A DNA stretch of 64,000 nucleotides, taken from assembly GCF_006345805.1 (NCBI RefSeq), contig NC_043008.1, positions 38,688,001 to 38,752,000 of the forward strand, read 5' to 3'. Below, in pieces: positions 16,122-29,299 of this stretch (within the stretch, counting starts at the first letter, position 1; each line of letters starts with the position of its first letter). Source of the stretch: Octopus sinensis. Taxonomy: Eukaryota. Position numbers and translations under genes: made by a program. Below the pieces are notes generated by a model. The model had not been told where the DNA came from and searched no databases. It saw only the letters and a list, made by a program, of their open reading frames with translations.

Positions 16122-17003
16122 CTTATATGTTTGTATGTATCATTTTGTATTTTTGTGCAAATAGAACATACCCACATATATATATTTTTATCATTTTTAT
16201 TTTTATTATTTTATTTATAGACAGTTTAGAGCTGGTATAAAAATCAGAATATCTCTTAGTTCTGGAAGAGGTTTTCTAAATTATTATTTTCTTTGCATAA
16301 CTTTCAGAAATGTTTTTATTTTCCTTTCCTACCCTCATAGAATGCAATACAAAGCTAGCTGAACCGTGTTTGCACGATCTCTCCAACACAGAAAAGCTAG
16401 CGAGCTAGCTGCTGTGTTATTCTATCTTTGGTAAATTGAATATCCGAAATAGCAAACAGTAAATAACTGTTGATTTCTAGATTCTCTGGTCTTGAGACCT
16501 AACAAATATTTTCAGCAATGTTCCTGTTTTTGTGGGAGGGTATTTAACACACGGACTCTTACGTATAAAGATATATGCATATTTACACATGCACACACAC
16601 GTGTGTGTGTGTAAGTATGTCTGTGAGAAGTGTACGAATGTGTACTGATATATAGATATAAATATATACACATATATATACCTATATCTATCTATCTGTC
16701 TATCTACATGTGTGTATATGTACATAATATATGTATATATATATACATATATATATGTATATATATATACATATATATATGTATATATAAATACATATAT
16801 ATATGTATTTATATGTGTGTGTGTATGAGTGTGTATACATATATATATGTATAGATGTGCATATGCATAATTACATATGTATATACACATGCACAAGAAT
16901 ATAAAGACATATATGTGTATATGTGCACTGTGTGTATCTGTGTGTGTATATATATATATACGCACACACATGTGTATATATATATATATATAAACATACA
17001 CAT

Positions 17004-17034
<31 letters not shown>

Positions 17035-17038
17035 TACA

Positions 17039-17071
<33 letters not shown>

Positions 17072-17464
17072 GTATACACACTTACACACTTATATATACA
17101 TGTATCTGTACATACATGCATTGGAGAAATAAAATATTTTCTGCATCTCCAAGCTAGATCAGAAATATAGTTTAAATTTGCCAAAACTACAATATATATT
17201 TTTTTAAACCACGATCAAATTGTTATTTACAGACATTTAACAGCGAGGTAGCAATAACAAAATTACCATTTGGAACAACATAACTATAATAGCTATTCTA
17301 AGAATACCATCTACAGCACTGTCAATAACAACAACAACAATAGTAGTCGTAATAATTAGACTAAAGTCTAATTTTGTTAGGATGGCTAATTTTGTTAGGA
17401 TTTGTGAACCCTCAACTCTTATAGCATGAAGGGAAGGTTCTATTCATTTCAAGAGGTTGAGTCT

Positions 17465-17838
17465 CATGGCAGTGAGGTATGTGAGGTGAATGTATTTATT
17501 AAACCACTTGTCATCCTTTGGGTTACAGCTGTTTCGTAGCCTTCTTCGTATAAGAAATATTTCAGTGTATAGTAAATTATGTTTACATGTCTGCACCAAT
17601 GTGCATAGTATGCATTATACAATACAATTGTATATTTATCTGCAATGATTTGTGAATATACAATTGTATTGTATAATGTATAATATGCATAATATGCATA
17701 TTAGTGCAGACATGTAGGCATAATCTATTCCACACTGAAATTATGATTACATGATGAAGGTTTTGAAATGGCTATAATCTCGTAGATGAAAAGTGGTTAA
17801 ATAAATATATCCACCTCTCATACCTTCTGACTGTTATG
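17465..17838. mobile_element. Degenerate fold-back element with hammerhead-like remnants in both arms
   Basis: Arms pair (e.g. ACATGTCTGCAC/GTGCAGACATGT, TATACAATACAATTGTATA). Remnants GAAGA..CGAAACAGCTGTA (-, about 17523-17550) and TGATGA..GAAATGGCTATA (+, about 17751-17776). Confidence 0.65.
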
Positions 17839-18093
17839 GTTTATATACTTTTCATGAAATAAGTTTGTTGACCAGGTTTTCCAGACTTCAAGTGTATGGA
17901 ACTTGGCATTATACTCTACTGTATTGGATTACTATGTAGTTTGTTTGCCAAATCTGCAAGAGGAGGTTTCCATGTATTTCACAAAAATTTTACCTAAACA
18001 TATCTATGTATCTAATTTTATCTATCACTCTTACCAAAATTCTGACTACATCCTTTTTCTGAATAAATATATATATATATGCACATACACACA

Positions 18094-18129
<36 letters not shown>

Positions 18130-18537
18130 GGGCAAATATTCTAAACTAATTACTGTGAAATTGTATTTCTAATTAATAAGGGAGTGCACTTGGAGAGAAA
18201 AATTAATGAAATTTTAAAGCACATCTGAAATTTGGTGAAAAGCATTTGATCATGGCATCGTAAAAATAAGACCAAATTAAGATTGATTGTATAAAAACAA
18301 ACGAATAATTCGAATAATTCCAATTCATGAATATTCTAAGACGGTTCTTAAAACGGTTCTTTTTTTAAATATTATTTATTCTAAAAATGTCAAAACATCA
18401 TTAGCATTTAAATGAAGTCAGTTCAATTGTGGACATATTAATATGCTTCACATATCATTTATCAAGAATTTCACAGTTTAGCTATCAAAATAATCAAATG
18501 TTAATGCTATAATATGCTGAATTCTCAGAATTCTTAC

Positions 18538-18591
18538 ACACATGGCAATGAATCAATGGGTTTAAGCATTGAAGCTTTTATTATTGCAGAT
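18538..18591 (-). CDS. Candidate 54-nt exon (phase 2-2: SAIIKASMLKPIDSLPC)
   Basis: Pyrimidine-rich acceptor ...CTACTATTCAG|A, donor GT|GTAAGA, single open frame. Unverified. Confidence 0.25.
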
Positions 18592-18604
18592 CTGAATAGT
18601 AGAG

Positions 18605-18653
<49 letters not shown>

Positions 18654-18716
18654 TAATAGTACAATAGATAAATTAAAAACCTTACATATTTGCTCACAGT
18701 GTGTGTGTGTAAGCAA

Positions 18717-18748
<32 letters not shown>

Positions 18749-19145
18749 GTTTGGAGATGATGTACAGGTATTTTATATTAGAAGAAATGAGGTATTCAGA
18801 AATTCGGATGGTTTTATATTTACAGATATTTATTTGTATATTACATGTTTTTATACATCATATAGCTTATATCATATATCATATATTAGCACTTTCGTTC
18901 ATTCTGGTGGATTTTTCAAATTGAACTGTGGTTATATATATATATACCCACAGTTTGGAGATGATGTACAGGTATTTTATATTAGAAGAAATGAAGTACT
19001 CAGAAATTCGGATGGTTTTATATTTACAGATATTTATTTGTATATTACATGTTTTTATACATCATATAGTTTATATCATATATTAACGCTTTCGTTCATT
19101 CTGGTGGATTTTTCAAATTGAACTGTGGGTATATATATATATACC
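18749..19145. repeat. Tandem duplication of a ~200-bp unit
   Basis: GTTTGGAGATGATGTACAGG...TTCAAATTGAACTGTGG at 18749 and 18952. Confidence 0.9.
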
Positions 19146-21599
19146 CACCCACCCACACACACACACATATTTATATATATATATATATATATGCGATGGG
19201 CTTCTTTCAGTTTCTGTCTACCAAGTCCACTCACAAGACTTTGTTTGGCTCAAGGCTATAGTAATGGACACTTGCTGAGTGTGCCACGCAATGGGACTGA
19301 ACCCGGATCTATGTGGTTGAGAAGCAAACTTCTTACCACATAACCACTACTACACCTGTATAATGGTTTCAAATTTTAGCACAGTACCAGCAGTTTTCAA
19401 GCAGAGGTGGAAGTTGAATTACATCGATTGCTGCTTATTTTATCAACCCCAAAAGAATGAAAGGCAAAGTTGATCTTGGTGGAATTTGAACTCAGAATGT
19501 ACAGGTGAATGAAATACCCCTAAACAATTTGTCTGGTGCACTAACAATTTCACCAGCTCACCACCTAACACACACATACACACAATATTCACAAATAATG
19601 AATATAATTTATAACAATAACACACATAAATATACACACAGAGACTTATTATTGTGATGTTGGTCTTTTTGTTTATTGGTTTCAATAAAATGCTTTTCAC
19701 ATAAGAGGCAGATTCCGTGTGGCTGTATATCAGCTTTAGCAAGGTTGGCAGAATCCTTAGAGTGGTGGACAAAGTGCTTTTTTTTGTATATATTGGGGCC
19801 TTTTGCATTCTGAGTTCAAATCCTGCTGTGGTCAATTTTGTCTGTCATTCCTCTGGGTTCAAGAAAATATAATGCCAGTCACATATTCAACTGTTCCTAT
19901 CACCACAAATATCTGACCTCATGCATTTGCTAGAACTCAAGTTTTGCATTGCAAAAGTCATCATCTTTAAAAGCTGAGTACAACTGAACTGAATATTCAA
20001 GTCACTACTTTTGTGTTCCAGGTTCAAATCCTCTTGGAGTAAGCATTAACTGCAAGTCATTTCTTCACAGAAACTGCATCAATTTAATTTCCCCCCACAA
20101 CACAACTGCATGGAATCAATCTAAGAAATCTATGCAATACCACAACTAAATTCAATGAAAGTTTTCTCAGAAATTCTTTTACATACTGTGTCTTTGAAAG
20201 CAAAATATCTACAAGACCAACGCTAATGTTCTGTTGCCATTGCAACATGCAGATGTAAAAGTAATCTCTTACTTAATGTTGATTAATCACTGGTAATTCT
20301 CCTCAAAGAACTGAACTGAATTGATCGCAAATTTCGTTAATTCCATATCTCTACCACTGCTTACAGCTTCTACTTGGTCCCTCAACTTGCTAAAAATAGC
20401 AGCAAAATTTCCCTTAAATCATACACCACAATCATCTAAAATATAGAAGTCACACATTGGATAGCATAATGTTAGAGACATTGTCTGCAATGGATTGTCT
20501 TTAATCATAGGTCTTGCCAATAAAAGCTCTTCTGGGTCTAAACGTTAATAAAAGCTCTTCTGGGTCTAAACGTTAACAATAGCCTCTTTTCACATGGTAG
20601 GGTTAGTCGAATGAATTGATCTGATATTTATTCTATTAGTCTTTTTTGCTGAACTGCTAGGTCACTGGGACACAGAAAAACAACAGTGGGAAAAAAACAA
20701 GCAGTGGGAGACAAGCACAAACTCTAAGATACACATACACATACATATGTATATATATTTATATATATATATATATATATATACATTACATACATATATA
20801 TATATATACACTCATACACATACACTCATATACACATACACACACCCACAGACACCCATATTACCAAAATTCACTCATAAGCTATTGGTTGGCCCAGAAC
20901 TATAATGAAAGAATCTTGCCCAAAGTGTCATGCAATAGGACTGAATCCAAAACTATATACCTGTATCAGGGATAATAATCAGGAACCAGAAGCAACCACT
21001 TCACAATTAGGGGAGTTAGCATCTATGAATATATGGAATATACTGAGTCTAATCTCTCTCTCTCTTTTTTTCCCTCTCCTTCCCTTTCTCCCTCTACCAT
21101 TCATCTCTCTCTCTCAATTTCTTTCTCTTTTCCCCTTCCCTCTCTTTCCCTCTCCCTCTGCCATACATCTTTTTCTCCCCTCTCTCCACCCCCTTCTCTT
21201 TCTACCATCCATCTCTCTCAAATAAACAGTAACTGCAGCAATGTCTTCAGATACAACTGATTTCCTCTGACTTCGGCCTGAAATCCATTCTCTATTATTA
21301 TTCAGAACGAACCCTATTGATTCCTGCAAGTTGAATGAGTATGAAACAGGACCTGTACATACTCCTTCTTCATAACATAATAACATTATAATAACTCCCA
21401 CAGCTTCACAAACAATAATACCACAATGTATAAAACCAGTAGGAAATTGCATGACGAAAATAATGCTCAGCAATTTTTTTTTAATTATCTCAAATATAGT
21501 TAATGATATCCATTCCAAGCTTCCTCATATCTAATAACTTTATTGTCAATAGTTCCATCTGATTTTCCAATTAAATAACACTAATCTAGCAGATATATG

Positions 21600-21910
21600 T
21601 TTGTTTGTTTGTTCCTTCTGGAGCCATGCCTGGCTCATAAGGGCCGGTTTCTCAGTTTCCTTGGCGTAGAGATTCCCCATCCTCGACGGGATGCCGGTCT
21701 GTCACAGATGAGCTGCAAGATGCAGGAGGAAAGAGTGAGAGAAAGTTGTGGTGAAAGAGTCAGCAGAAGTTTGTCATTACCTTCTGCTGGAGCCATGTGG
21801 AGCTTAAGTGTTTCGCTCATAAACACACACATCGCCTGGTCTGAGATTCGAACCCACGATCCCTCGAGTGTGAGTCCGCCGCTCTAACCACTAGGGCATG
21901 TGCCTCCACA
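21600..21910 (-). mobile_element. tRNA-derived SINE family C, near full-length
   Basis: Minus strand has A box TAGTGGTTAGAGC and B box GGTTCGAATC. Confidence 0.85.
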
Positions 21911-22009
21911 GCAGATATATATGAACAGACACTGAGACACCGATGAGTAATATGCACCAGTTAACCAACTAAGTTTTTCCTCTATATGTATTGCTTTCTG
22001 TTGAAAGTG

Positions 22010-22237
22010 TTAACCTTTACAATATCAACTCACCTGGAACCACCCTGGTTCTGTGATACAAACTTTTTGTTTTAAAATTATCTAAGTTAAAACCTTCTAT
22101 CAAAATTTCATGTAAATTTATGTTCCAAACATCGGTTTAATAATGGTGGAATTATTTCACTTTATTATTTATTGTTTTCAAAATTAATTGCAACAAAAGT
22201 GGTGTACTTCAACAGAAATGTAAAACAAAAGGGTTAA
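22010..22237. mobile_element. piggyBac-type MITE (TTAA-flanked), diverged
   Basis: TTAACCTTT...AAAAGGGTTAA; interior similar to the 61749-62227 copies. Confidence 0.6.
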
Positions 22238-22356
22238 CCAAAGACACTGCTTCCCCTCAAGCATTCATATTTCAGTTCACATAGGTAGTACCAAATACTC
22301 TGTCATTACTATATCTGATATTAAATTAAAGAACATTAAATCATCATTCCTACAGT

Positions 22357-22434
22357 ACCATGAACTGCTTGGTAATTTGAATCAGATAATTGATCAGCTC
22401 ATTTGCATACAACAGCAAATGTGCTTTTCTGCTG
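22357..22434 (-). CDS. Candidate exon (phase 0-0: VSRKAHLLLYANELINYLIQITKQFM); coordinates approximate
   Basis: Acceptor CTCTCTGTTGTTTTGAACAG|G, donor ATG|GTACTG, one open frame; phase-compatible with a possible next minus exon near 21328 (ESIGFVLNNNREWISGRSQRKS). Unverified. Confidence 0.25.
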
Positions 22435-23134
22435 ACCTGTTCAAAACAACAGAGAGGATAGTTCTATTCTCTAAGCCTATCCCTTCATGTCCTTCTCACT
22501 GTCAAATAGCTATAATCTGATGCTAATTGTGAGAAATTTCAAAACTGGAATCATTCAATGAAACACAGGAGATGCAATGAATCAATCCCATAATTATCTT
22601 CCATAACTTTCAAAGGATTTTACTCACTACGCCGTTGGAACATACATCATTGAGAAAAGGTCACAGGGAACTGAAAACATCAACGACACCAGGAATTTAG
22701 AACAATTAATATTCCAAACCGTGCAACATAAAATTCTCGTATAAAAATGTAAACAAATCACTATAAAGCAAATTAAATTTGAATATACTCGTCTCATTAA
22801 TTAAGAAATAAAAATTTGCCGTAGCTATTAATGGGCTATTGGATGACCAACGAACATTTCATCATTGTGTGAAGTGTCAAGAGTGAGTTATCATAGCAAA
22901 GTCCATCTCAGTTCAAGTTGATTGAATAGCTTCAGAAATTACGTATGATAATGAATGAATAAAAGAGCTCAGCTTTATAATGAAATGAAACCTCTGTCAT
23001 AGATTTAGTTTCTTAGTTGTTTACCAATACTATGACGCTACTATTCAATACTATTGTGAAATTATGAACATAAGGTGATTATAAGGCTAATGAAACATGA
23101 ATAAAAATAGCTGAATTGCCTTTCACATATATGG

Positions 23135-23182
<48 letters not shown>

Positions 23183-23641
23183 CATTAAATTCAATTAGAA
23201 GTTGTGTTAACCTCATTCAGTCTGTTATAATGAATCCATGAACACATTAAAACATCCAAGAGTATATTTTCCCCCCGCTGAAGATATGCTCACGTCATAT
23301 AAAAATAAATTTAATATTTACTTAATATTTCTTGAGAATTAATTGAAACAGCTGTAAGTGAAGATGATTAATTTGCTGTCAATAATAAACATTTATTAAC
23401 TTCCCAGTCTTCATTTTTCTTATATATATGTATGCGTATGTGTGTGTGTGTGTGTGTGTATAAATATGTCTGTGAGTTGTTCGAAATGAGGAGTAGATAG
23501 ACAACCGACATTTGATAAGGGGTCCTTCTATGTATTACTTATCTTGTTTTCCATTTTTTCTCTCATTGTTTGCATATTTAACTCATTTATTTTCATATTT
23601 CATGTTGTTTACTTTTGATGACATCCTGTACCCATATATGC

Positions 23642-23675
<34 letters not shown>

Positions 23676-24145
23676 ATACATACATATATATATATATATA
23701 TGTATTATCTATATTATTATTTAATTGAATGCCATGCATCCATTGTCAAGAAAGTATATTTTAACCTTTTTGATGTGATTCTACTCTATACTGTTTTCTC
23801 CCTATCGCCGTTTTCTATCTGTCTCTCCCTCCCTCTCTTTCTCTTTTTCTCTCTCTGGATGCTCACACGTGACCATCGTCCATCTTTCTTTTCCTCACAT
23901 GACCATCTTTCTTTTCCTGCCCAGACGTTCTAAGGACTGGATGTCTTCTATCTTTTCTCTTTTCAAAGAAAATATTTCTCTCAGCATTCACTATTTTCCC
24001 CTTGTGCAGGTCTAATGGCCCTCCATGTTCGTTTTCGTTTGGTTTCCTTGTATGTCTCTGTTGTCCTGTTTTTGCTCCCAACTTTGACCCTCCATGAATC
24101 CAAAATTTTATTTCGGTAATTTTATTTTGGTAGTTATTTTGGTAG

Positions 24146-24193
<48 letters not shown>

Positions 24194-24763
24194 GCAGGGA
24201 TTATATATACACAGCACATAAGTCTAAACAAGATGAAGAAAGAGTATTTAATACTGGAAGTAGAGTTTTGTAATATATTTTATAACAAAATTCTTCCAAC
24301 TTCCTAATTTATGACTCAGTGTGCATGTGCAGGAATGCGAGCATGTGTGTGTGTCTGTGTACTCACACATGTGCATTATGTGTATAATTTTAGATAGAAC
24401 TTTTGAGACAATAACTACTACCAAAGTATTAGTAAATTATGTCAAAAATTTCCATCAGAGTGTTGCAGAAACTAGAGTTAAGTTTATTCAGTCTTGCACT
24501 ATTTGTAGGAAGACACAAGAACAAATAAAATCAGCACAGAACAAAATATAAATTCATGAAATTCACAAATTCTTTAGACATGAAGGATACTAAAGTTTCT
24601 GGAAGTGATCTGAATATTTATAACTTTGGAATTGAAGAATTTTTTTGGTCTCAAAGACTTTGTCTTCCAAAATTTAGCTGGAAAGTAATTCTGTAATGTG
24701 ACTGGTGCGACTGTTCTTATGTTAGCTCTGCATGGTAATTTCGGTTAATAGGAATCTTAGTCA

Positions 24764-25000
24764 GGGTGGCGAGCTGGTAGAATTGTTAGTACGCTGGGTG
24801 AAATACTTAGCAGTATTTTGCCTGCCATTACATTCTGAGTTCAAATGCCACTGAGGTCGACTTTGCCTTTCATCCTTTCAGGGTCGATTAAATAAGTACC
24901 TGTCATGCACTGGGGTCGATGTAATCAACTTTATTCCTTTGTCTGTCCTTTTTTGTCCCCTCTATGTTTAGCCCCCTGTGGGCAATAAAGAAATATATAT
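24764..25000 (+). mobile_element. SINE family B with 12-bp TSD
   Basis: GAATCTTAGTCA at 24752-24763 and 25001-25012. Confidence 0.9.
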
Positions 25001-25869
25001 GAATCTTAGTCAACAGAATTATATATAATTCTATTAAGAAAATACAAATTCTGAGCCACATAATTTTTTAAATGGTGGGGTAAGTTTGGAAAATATTTTT
25101 TTAAAATGGAAAAGGATCAGAAAGAAACTATGTAGATAATGAAGATTTTTTTTTCTCTTTTTCTGAGTTTAATGATGATGAACCACTATAGATATACAAA
25201 TAGATTCATTTCTTTTCTCGGGTTGCATGTGAAGTGTCTTTTATTTGAGGTGAAAAATAGTTCCTTATGCAAAAGCTAAGTTAGCTAAATCATGGTTAAA
25301 ATCCAATTTCTGCTCCAAAATTTGGCAGCATTTCTCAAATCAGCAAATAAAGTATTTTAGCAATTTCTCACTGCTAACCATATTTCTTTGCTTCTAAAGA
25401 AGCTGATTTGAAAGTAGAATGTGATTATATAAATTGTTGCAAACGAAAATGATCTTTTGAATATTCCAATATTTTCAATATGTATATATGTATATATATA
25501 TTTCTTTTTAGTAGAAATAAATTAATAAAATTGTGATTACTTCATTTAATCAATATTTCTTTTTTTCCCCCCCTAGTCTTGGCTTTGCACTATGGAAATT
25601 AATTTCTTAACAAATAAATAAATGACATAAATTTGAATTCTTGCGCAAAATTTATTTTGTTTTCAGAAATATTCCTGGATTTTTTTGCTTACATTATGAA
25701 CATGAACATGGAGTTATTCAATTATTCCCACCTTCAAATCCAGAAGGGTTTGTAAAAGTTATTGGATCTTGCCACTGATTTCCAGACAAAATGATGAAAC
25801 AATATTTTGTGAGACCTTAAAATAAGAATTTTTCCAGTAGGAAGGACATCTAGCCATAAACGTTTTAAT

Positions 25870-26190
25870 GTGGTTCAATGGTTAGGGGCATTCGGTTCAT
25901 GATCGTAAGGTTGTGAGTTCAATTCCAGGCGCCGTGTTGTGTCCTTGAGCAAGACACTTTATTTCACATTGCTCCAGTCCACTCAGCTGGCAAAAATGAG
26001 TTGTACCTGTATTTCAAAGGGCCAGCCTTGACACACTCTGTATCATGCTGAATCTCCCTGAGAACTACGTTAGGGGTACACGTGTCTGTGGAGTGCTCAG
26101 CCACTTGCGCGTTAATTTCACAAGCAAGCTGTTCCGTTGATCATATCAGCTGGGACCCTCATCATCACAATCGATGGAGTGCTCCTAACC
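25870..26190 (+). mobile_element. tRNA-derived CORE-like SINE family D
   Basis: A box TGGTTAGG, B box GAGTTCAATTCC, CORE-like GTGTTGTGTCCTTGAGCAAGACACTT; decayed second head at 26240-26370. Confidence 0.75.
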
Positions 26191-26725
26191 TAAAATAAAA
26201 TAAAATAAAAAAGCGAAAACTATGTTTGTTTATTTGTAAAGGTACATGGACTGTTGGCTAAGGCATTGGGTTCATGGTCGTCAAAATACAGGTTCAATTC
26301 TTAGACCAGGTGGTGGTTAATATTGATGGGAAAAGCACTTCATTTCACATCTCCCCAGATGTTGAAATGACGATGATGTTGATTATGATTATGATTATGA
26401 TGACAATGACAGCAATGAAGGTTATGTTAATAATGACCCCATGAAGAAGATAATACACATGCATTTATAGATAATATCCCAGAAAATCTGATACATATTC
26501 TTAAATAGTTTGCTACACTGGGGTATTTAGAAATAAGTGTCCTGTTGAGAAACCCAACCAAACACTTATAGTAATTATCAGCTGGGTTCTTAATTACATT
26601 TTCCATTATCTTCTCAGCTATTTTGTCTTCATTTGTTTATCTTTCTGGCAGATAATTAATTATTTAAGCTAACATTTTCTACAGAGAATAGGTTTTAAAT
26701 TCTGGGAATTATATTGCATTTTAAA

Positions 26726-26758
<33 letters not shown>

Positions 26759-27049
26759 ATGTGTATGCATGTGTGTGAGTGAATTTAAGTGCATATGCAT
26801 GTGTCTGTCTGTGTCTGTACCCATTGTGTATGTGTGTGTATGCATGTGTCTGTTTGTGATTAGTTCATTTGTTTCCAATCCAATTTTGCTAGCCAGCTTA
26901 ATTTGAACAGAAACTTATTTGAAGCAACAGTTTAAAATTTAGTAAATGTGTTAATAAAAAAACTAGAGTTAGTTTGAACTAGCATCATTGACTTACAGTG
27001 GCCAAATAAGGATAATTTAAATGTTAAAGGATTAAAGAAAACATATTAT

Positions 27050-27435
27050 TTCTTCGTGCCGGTGACACGTAAAAGCACCATCCATTTCGTGGCCATTTGC
27101 CAGCTCTGTCTGGCCCCCATGTTGGTGGCACGTAAAAGCACCATCCGTTCGTGTCCGTTGCCAGCCTCGCCTGGCCCCGTTCCGGTGACACGTAAAAGCA
27201 CCATCCGTTCGTGGCCGTTTGCCAGCTCTGTCTGGCACCTGTGCGGGTGGCACGTAAAAAGCACCCACTACACTCACGGAGTGGTTGGCGTCAGGAAGGG
27301 CATCCAGCCGTAGAAACACTGCCAGATCTGACTGGGCCTGATGAAGCCTTCCAGCTTCACAGAACCCAGTTGAACCGTCCAACCCATGCTAGCATGGAGA
27401 ACGGACGGTAAATGATGATGATGATGATGATGATT
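27050..27435 (+). mobile_element. (GAT)n-tailed RTE-type non-autonomous element with about 4 internal ~53-55-bp repeats
   Basis: GGCACGTAAAAGCACCATCCGTTCGTGG repeats, then GGAAGGGCATCCAGCCGTAGAAAC...CCAACCCATGCTAGCATGG...AAATGATGATG. Confidence 0.85.
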
Positions 27436-27779
27436 GGGCTGTAATGTAGCAGATCCAAATGACATGTTGTATACTAGTGGTATCTTTCCAATATTTTCAT
27501 TAATCCCAGAACTCTAAAAACCAAATACTTAGTCAGGATTTGAACATAGGACATGGTAGCATGCAACTAAATGCTGCAATACTGCTCTACCAATTAGGCT
27601 ATCAGTCAACATCAAAGTGTATGTACCTCGAAATATACGTGGGAGCAATTTGAAGTGACTGGAAATGTATTGCTCGTAATCCATTTAAACCATTTTTGAT
27701 GATGACAGAGAGAGAGAGTGTGTGTGTGCAGAGCTGTTGTTAGTAGTTTATGTTGAAGTTATAGAAACAGAGAAAAGAT

Positions 27780-28540
27780 AACTGCATTTCATTAAATGCC
27801 ATCAGCAAGGTAAGATGACCAGATGGGATGAAGAGGTTGCTGAAAGGAAGGTGGACTGCAATGAGATCTGGAGGTGGAGAACATCAGGGCTGCAATTTCT
27901 TCTTCGAGCTAGTTATGTTGTACTGCCATTCCACTGCAATCTATTCTAATGGAAAATAACAAATGAGGACAAATGTAGATGCAGGAAAGTTGGTAGGGTA
28001 AAGGAATTCTATCTAGGTGTTGAATGGCTTTGGGAAGGTAGACATGAAGACAAAATGAGGTCCACAAAATTTTCTGTACTGTTGCTAAGAAGCAGGTAGC
28101 AAAATTTTCTATACCACTGCTAAGAAGCAGTTTCTTGCCAGTTTCGGGACAAGAAACTGCAGAAGGATGGCAGTAAATGGTTTATCACATTTGTCCATCA
28201 AATCAATCAGGAGAAAGCTGTGAATGACAAGAACTGAGATAGAGTTTGGGAGGTGATAGTAGGTCTTTTAGGGTGTGAATGTCTTTTTCCCATGCCAACA
28301 AGAAAGAAACCAGATATGACAATACGGTGTGAGGAATGCAAGATAATGCAATTTCTTGAATTAACTGTTCTACATGAAGACAATATAAATGCAGATCATG
28401 TTAGGGAAAATGTGTTGTGTATTTGTAAATATTTGCTAAGTCGGTGTTTTGCTAGGAAAAGGTCATATCTTGCTTAATGACTCTGTGGACATACAGGCCA
28501 AACTCCAGGTTGGCAAGAGACTGACTTGACCAAAAGACAA
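27780..28540 (+). mobile_element. Decayed HERO/R4-like non-LTR retrotransposon 3' region (zinc-knuckle-flanking motif plus PD-(D/E)xK restriction-like endonuclease)
   Basis: From 27800: HQQGKMTRWDEEVAERKVDCNEIWRWRTSGLQFLLRASYVVLPFHCNLF*W, matching the QQG-W-W..SFLIRATYDVLP..NL..W motif I recall from HERO elements. From 28301: RKKPDMTIRCEECKIMQFLELTVLHEDNI, the RPD..IELTVPWE RLE motif. Stops and deletions are present. Confidence 0.75.
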
Positions 28541-28780
28541 ATATTATTAAGCTCTACTATGGTATTGAGTAATCTTTCTTCTCATTGTCAACACAAAACA
28601 GAAAGATAGACAGAAAGATATGTATATAATATATAAACATACTGTATGTATATATATAAACATACACTACATGTGTGTGCATGTGTGTGTTGTGTTTGTT
28701 CATGTATATTACATGTTTATATAAATTATTTATATATATATAAATATAATACATATAAACATACATTTTATATATATATA

Positions 28781-28830
<50 letters not shown>

Positions 28831-28986
28831 TATGTATATATGTATATATATAAATACAGTGTACATTTAAACACATAAGAGATGGCCATAATAGGACATC
28901 TAACTCGTTAGAAGGAGTAGTTGAAATTCAAACTGCTATTAGGGGTAATTTCGAAAGTGAATGAAAAATAAAAACATTTACCATCT

Positions 28987-29062
28987 ATTTCCTGTACCAT
29001 GGTTTCAAGCTATCTTCAGCAAATAAAATGATTTGCTAGGCGCAGCTATCATCAGTAAGAAA
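28987..29062 (-). ncRNA. Type I hammerhead ribozyme motif (inverted-arm copy)
   Basis: Minus strand UUUCUUA-CUGAUGA-UAGCU...AGCUU-GAAA-CCAUGG-UA-CAGGAAAU; stem III is the perfect palindrome CCAUGG. Confidence 0.6.
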
Positions 29063-29299
29063 GCCAAGATTAACATATAAATATGAGGCAATACAGAACA
29101 TACCTTGTGCGTATATGTTATAAATTTTCAAATCCACCATGCTAGTGCAGTTTTTTATCGGCAGCATATACAAAAAATGATATTTTAAAATTTGCTGCTG
29201 ATAAAAAAAAAAAAGCACTTCCATGGTGGATTTGAAAACTTATAACATGTAAGCACGAGGCATGTTCTGTATCACCTCATATTTATATGTTAATCTTGG

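Noticed and set aside
20020-20036. 17-nt microexon (TTCCAG|GTTCAAATCCTCTTGGA|GTAAGC)
   Set aside because: GGTTCAAATCC is a SINE B-box remnant next to decayed SINE sequence; no supporting context.
15558-20575. Small tandem duplications (36 bp at about 15558, 16 bp at about 17385, 28 bp at about 20519; also about 170 bp at 57655/57823)
   Set aside because: Typical slippage products with no sign of function.
24391-24684. Open plus-strand frames DRTFETITTTKVLV…KI* and DMKDTKVSGSDLNIYNFGIEEFFWSQRLCLPKFSWK
   Set aside because: Protein-like but unrecognised, with only moderate splice signals; open frames of this length occur by chance on both strands here.
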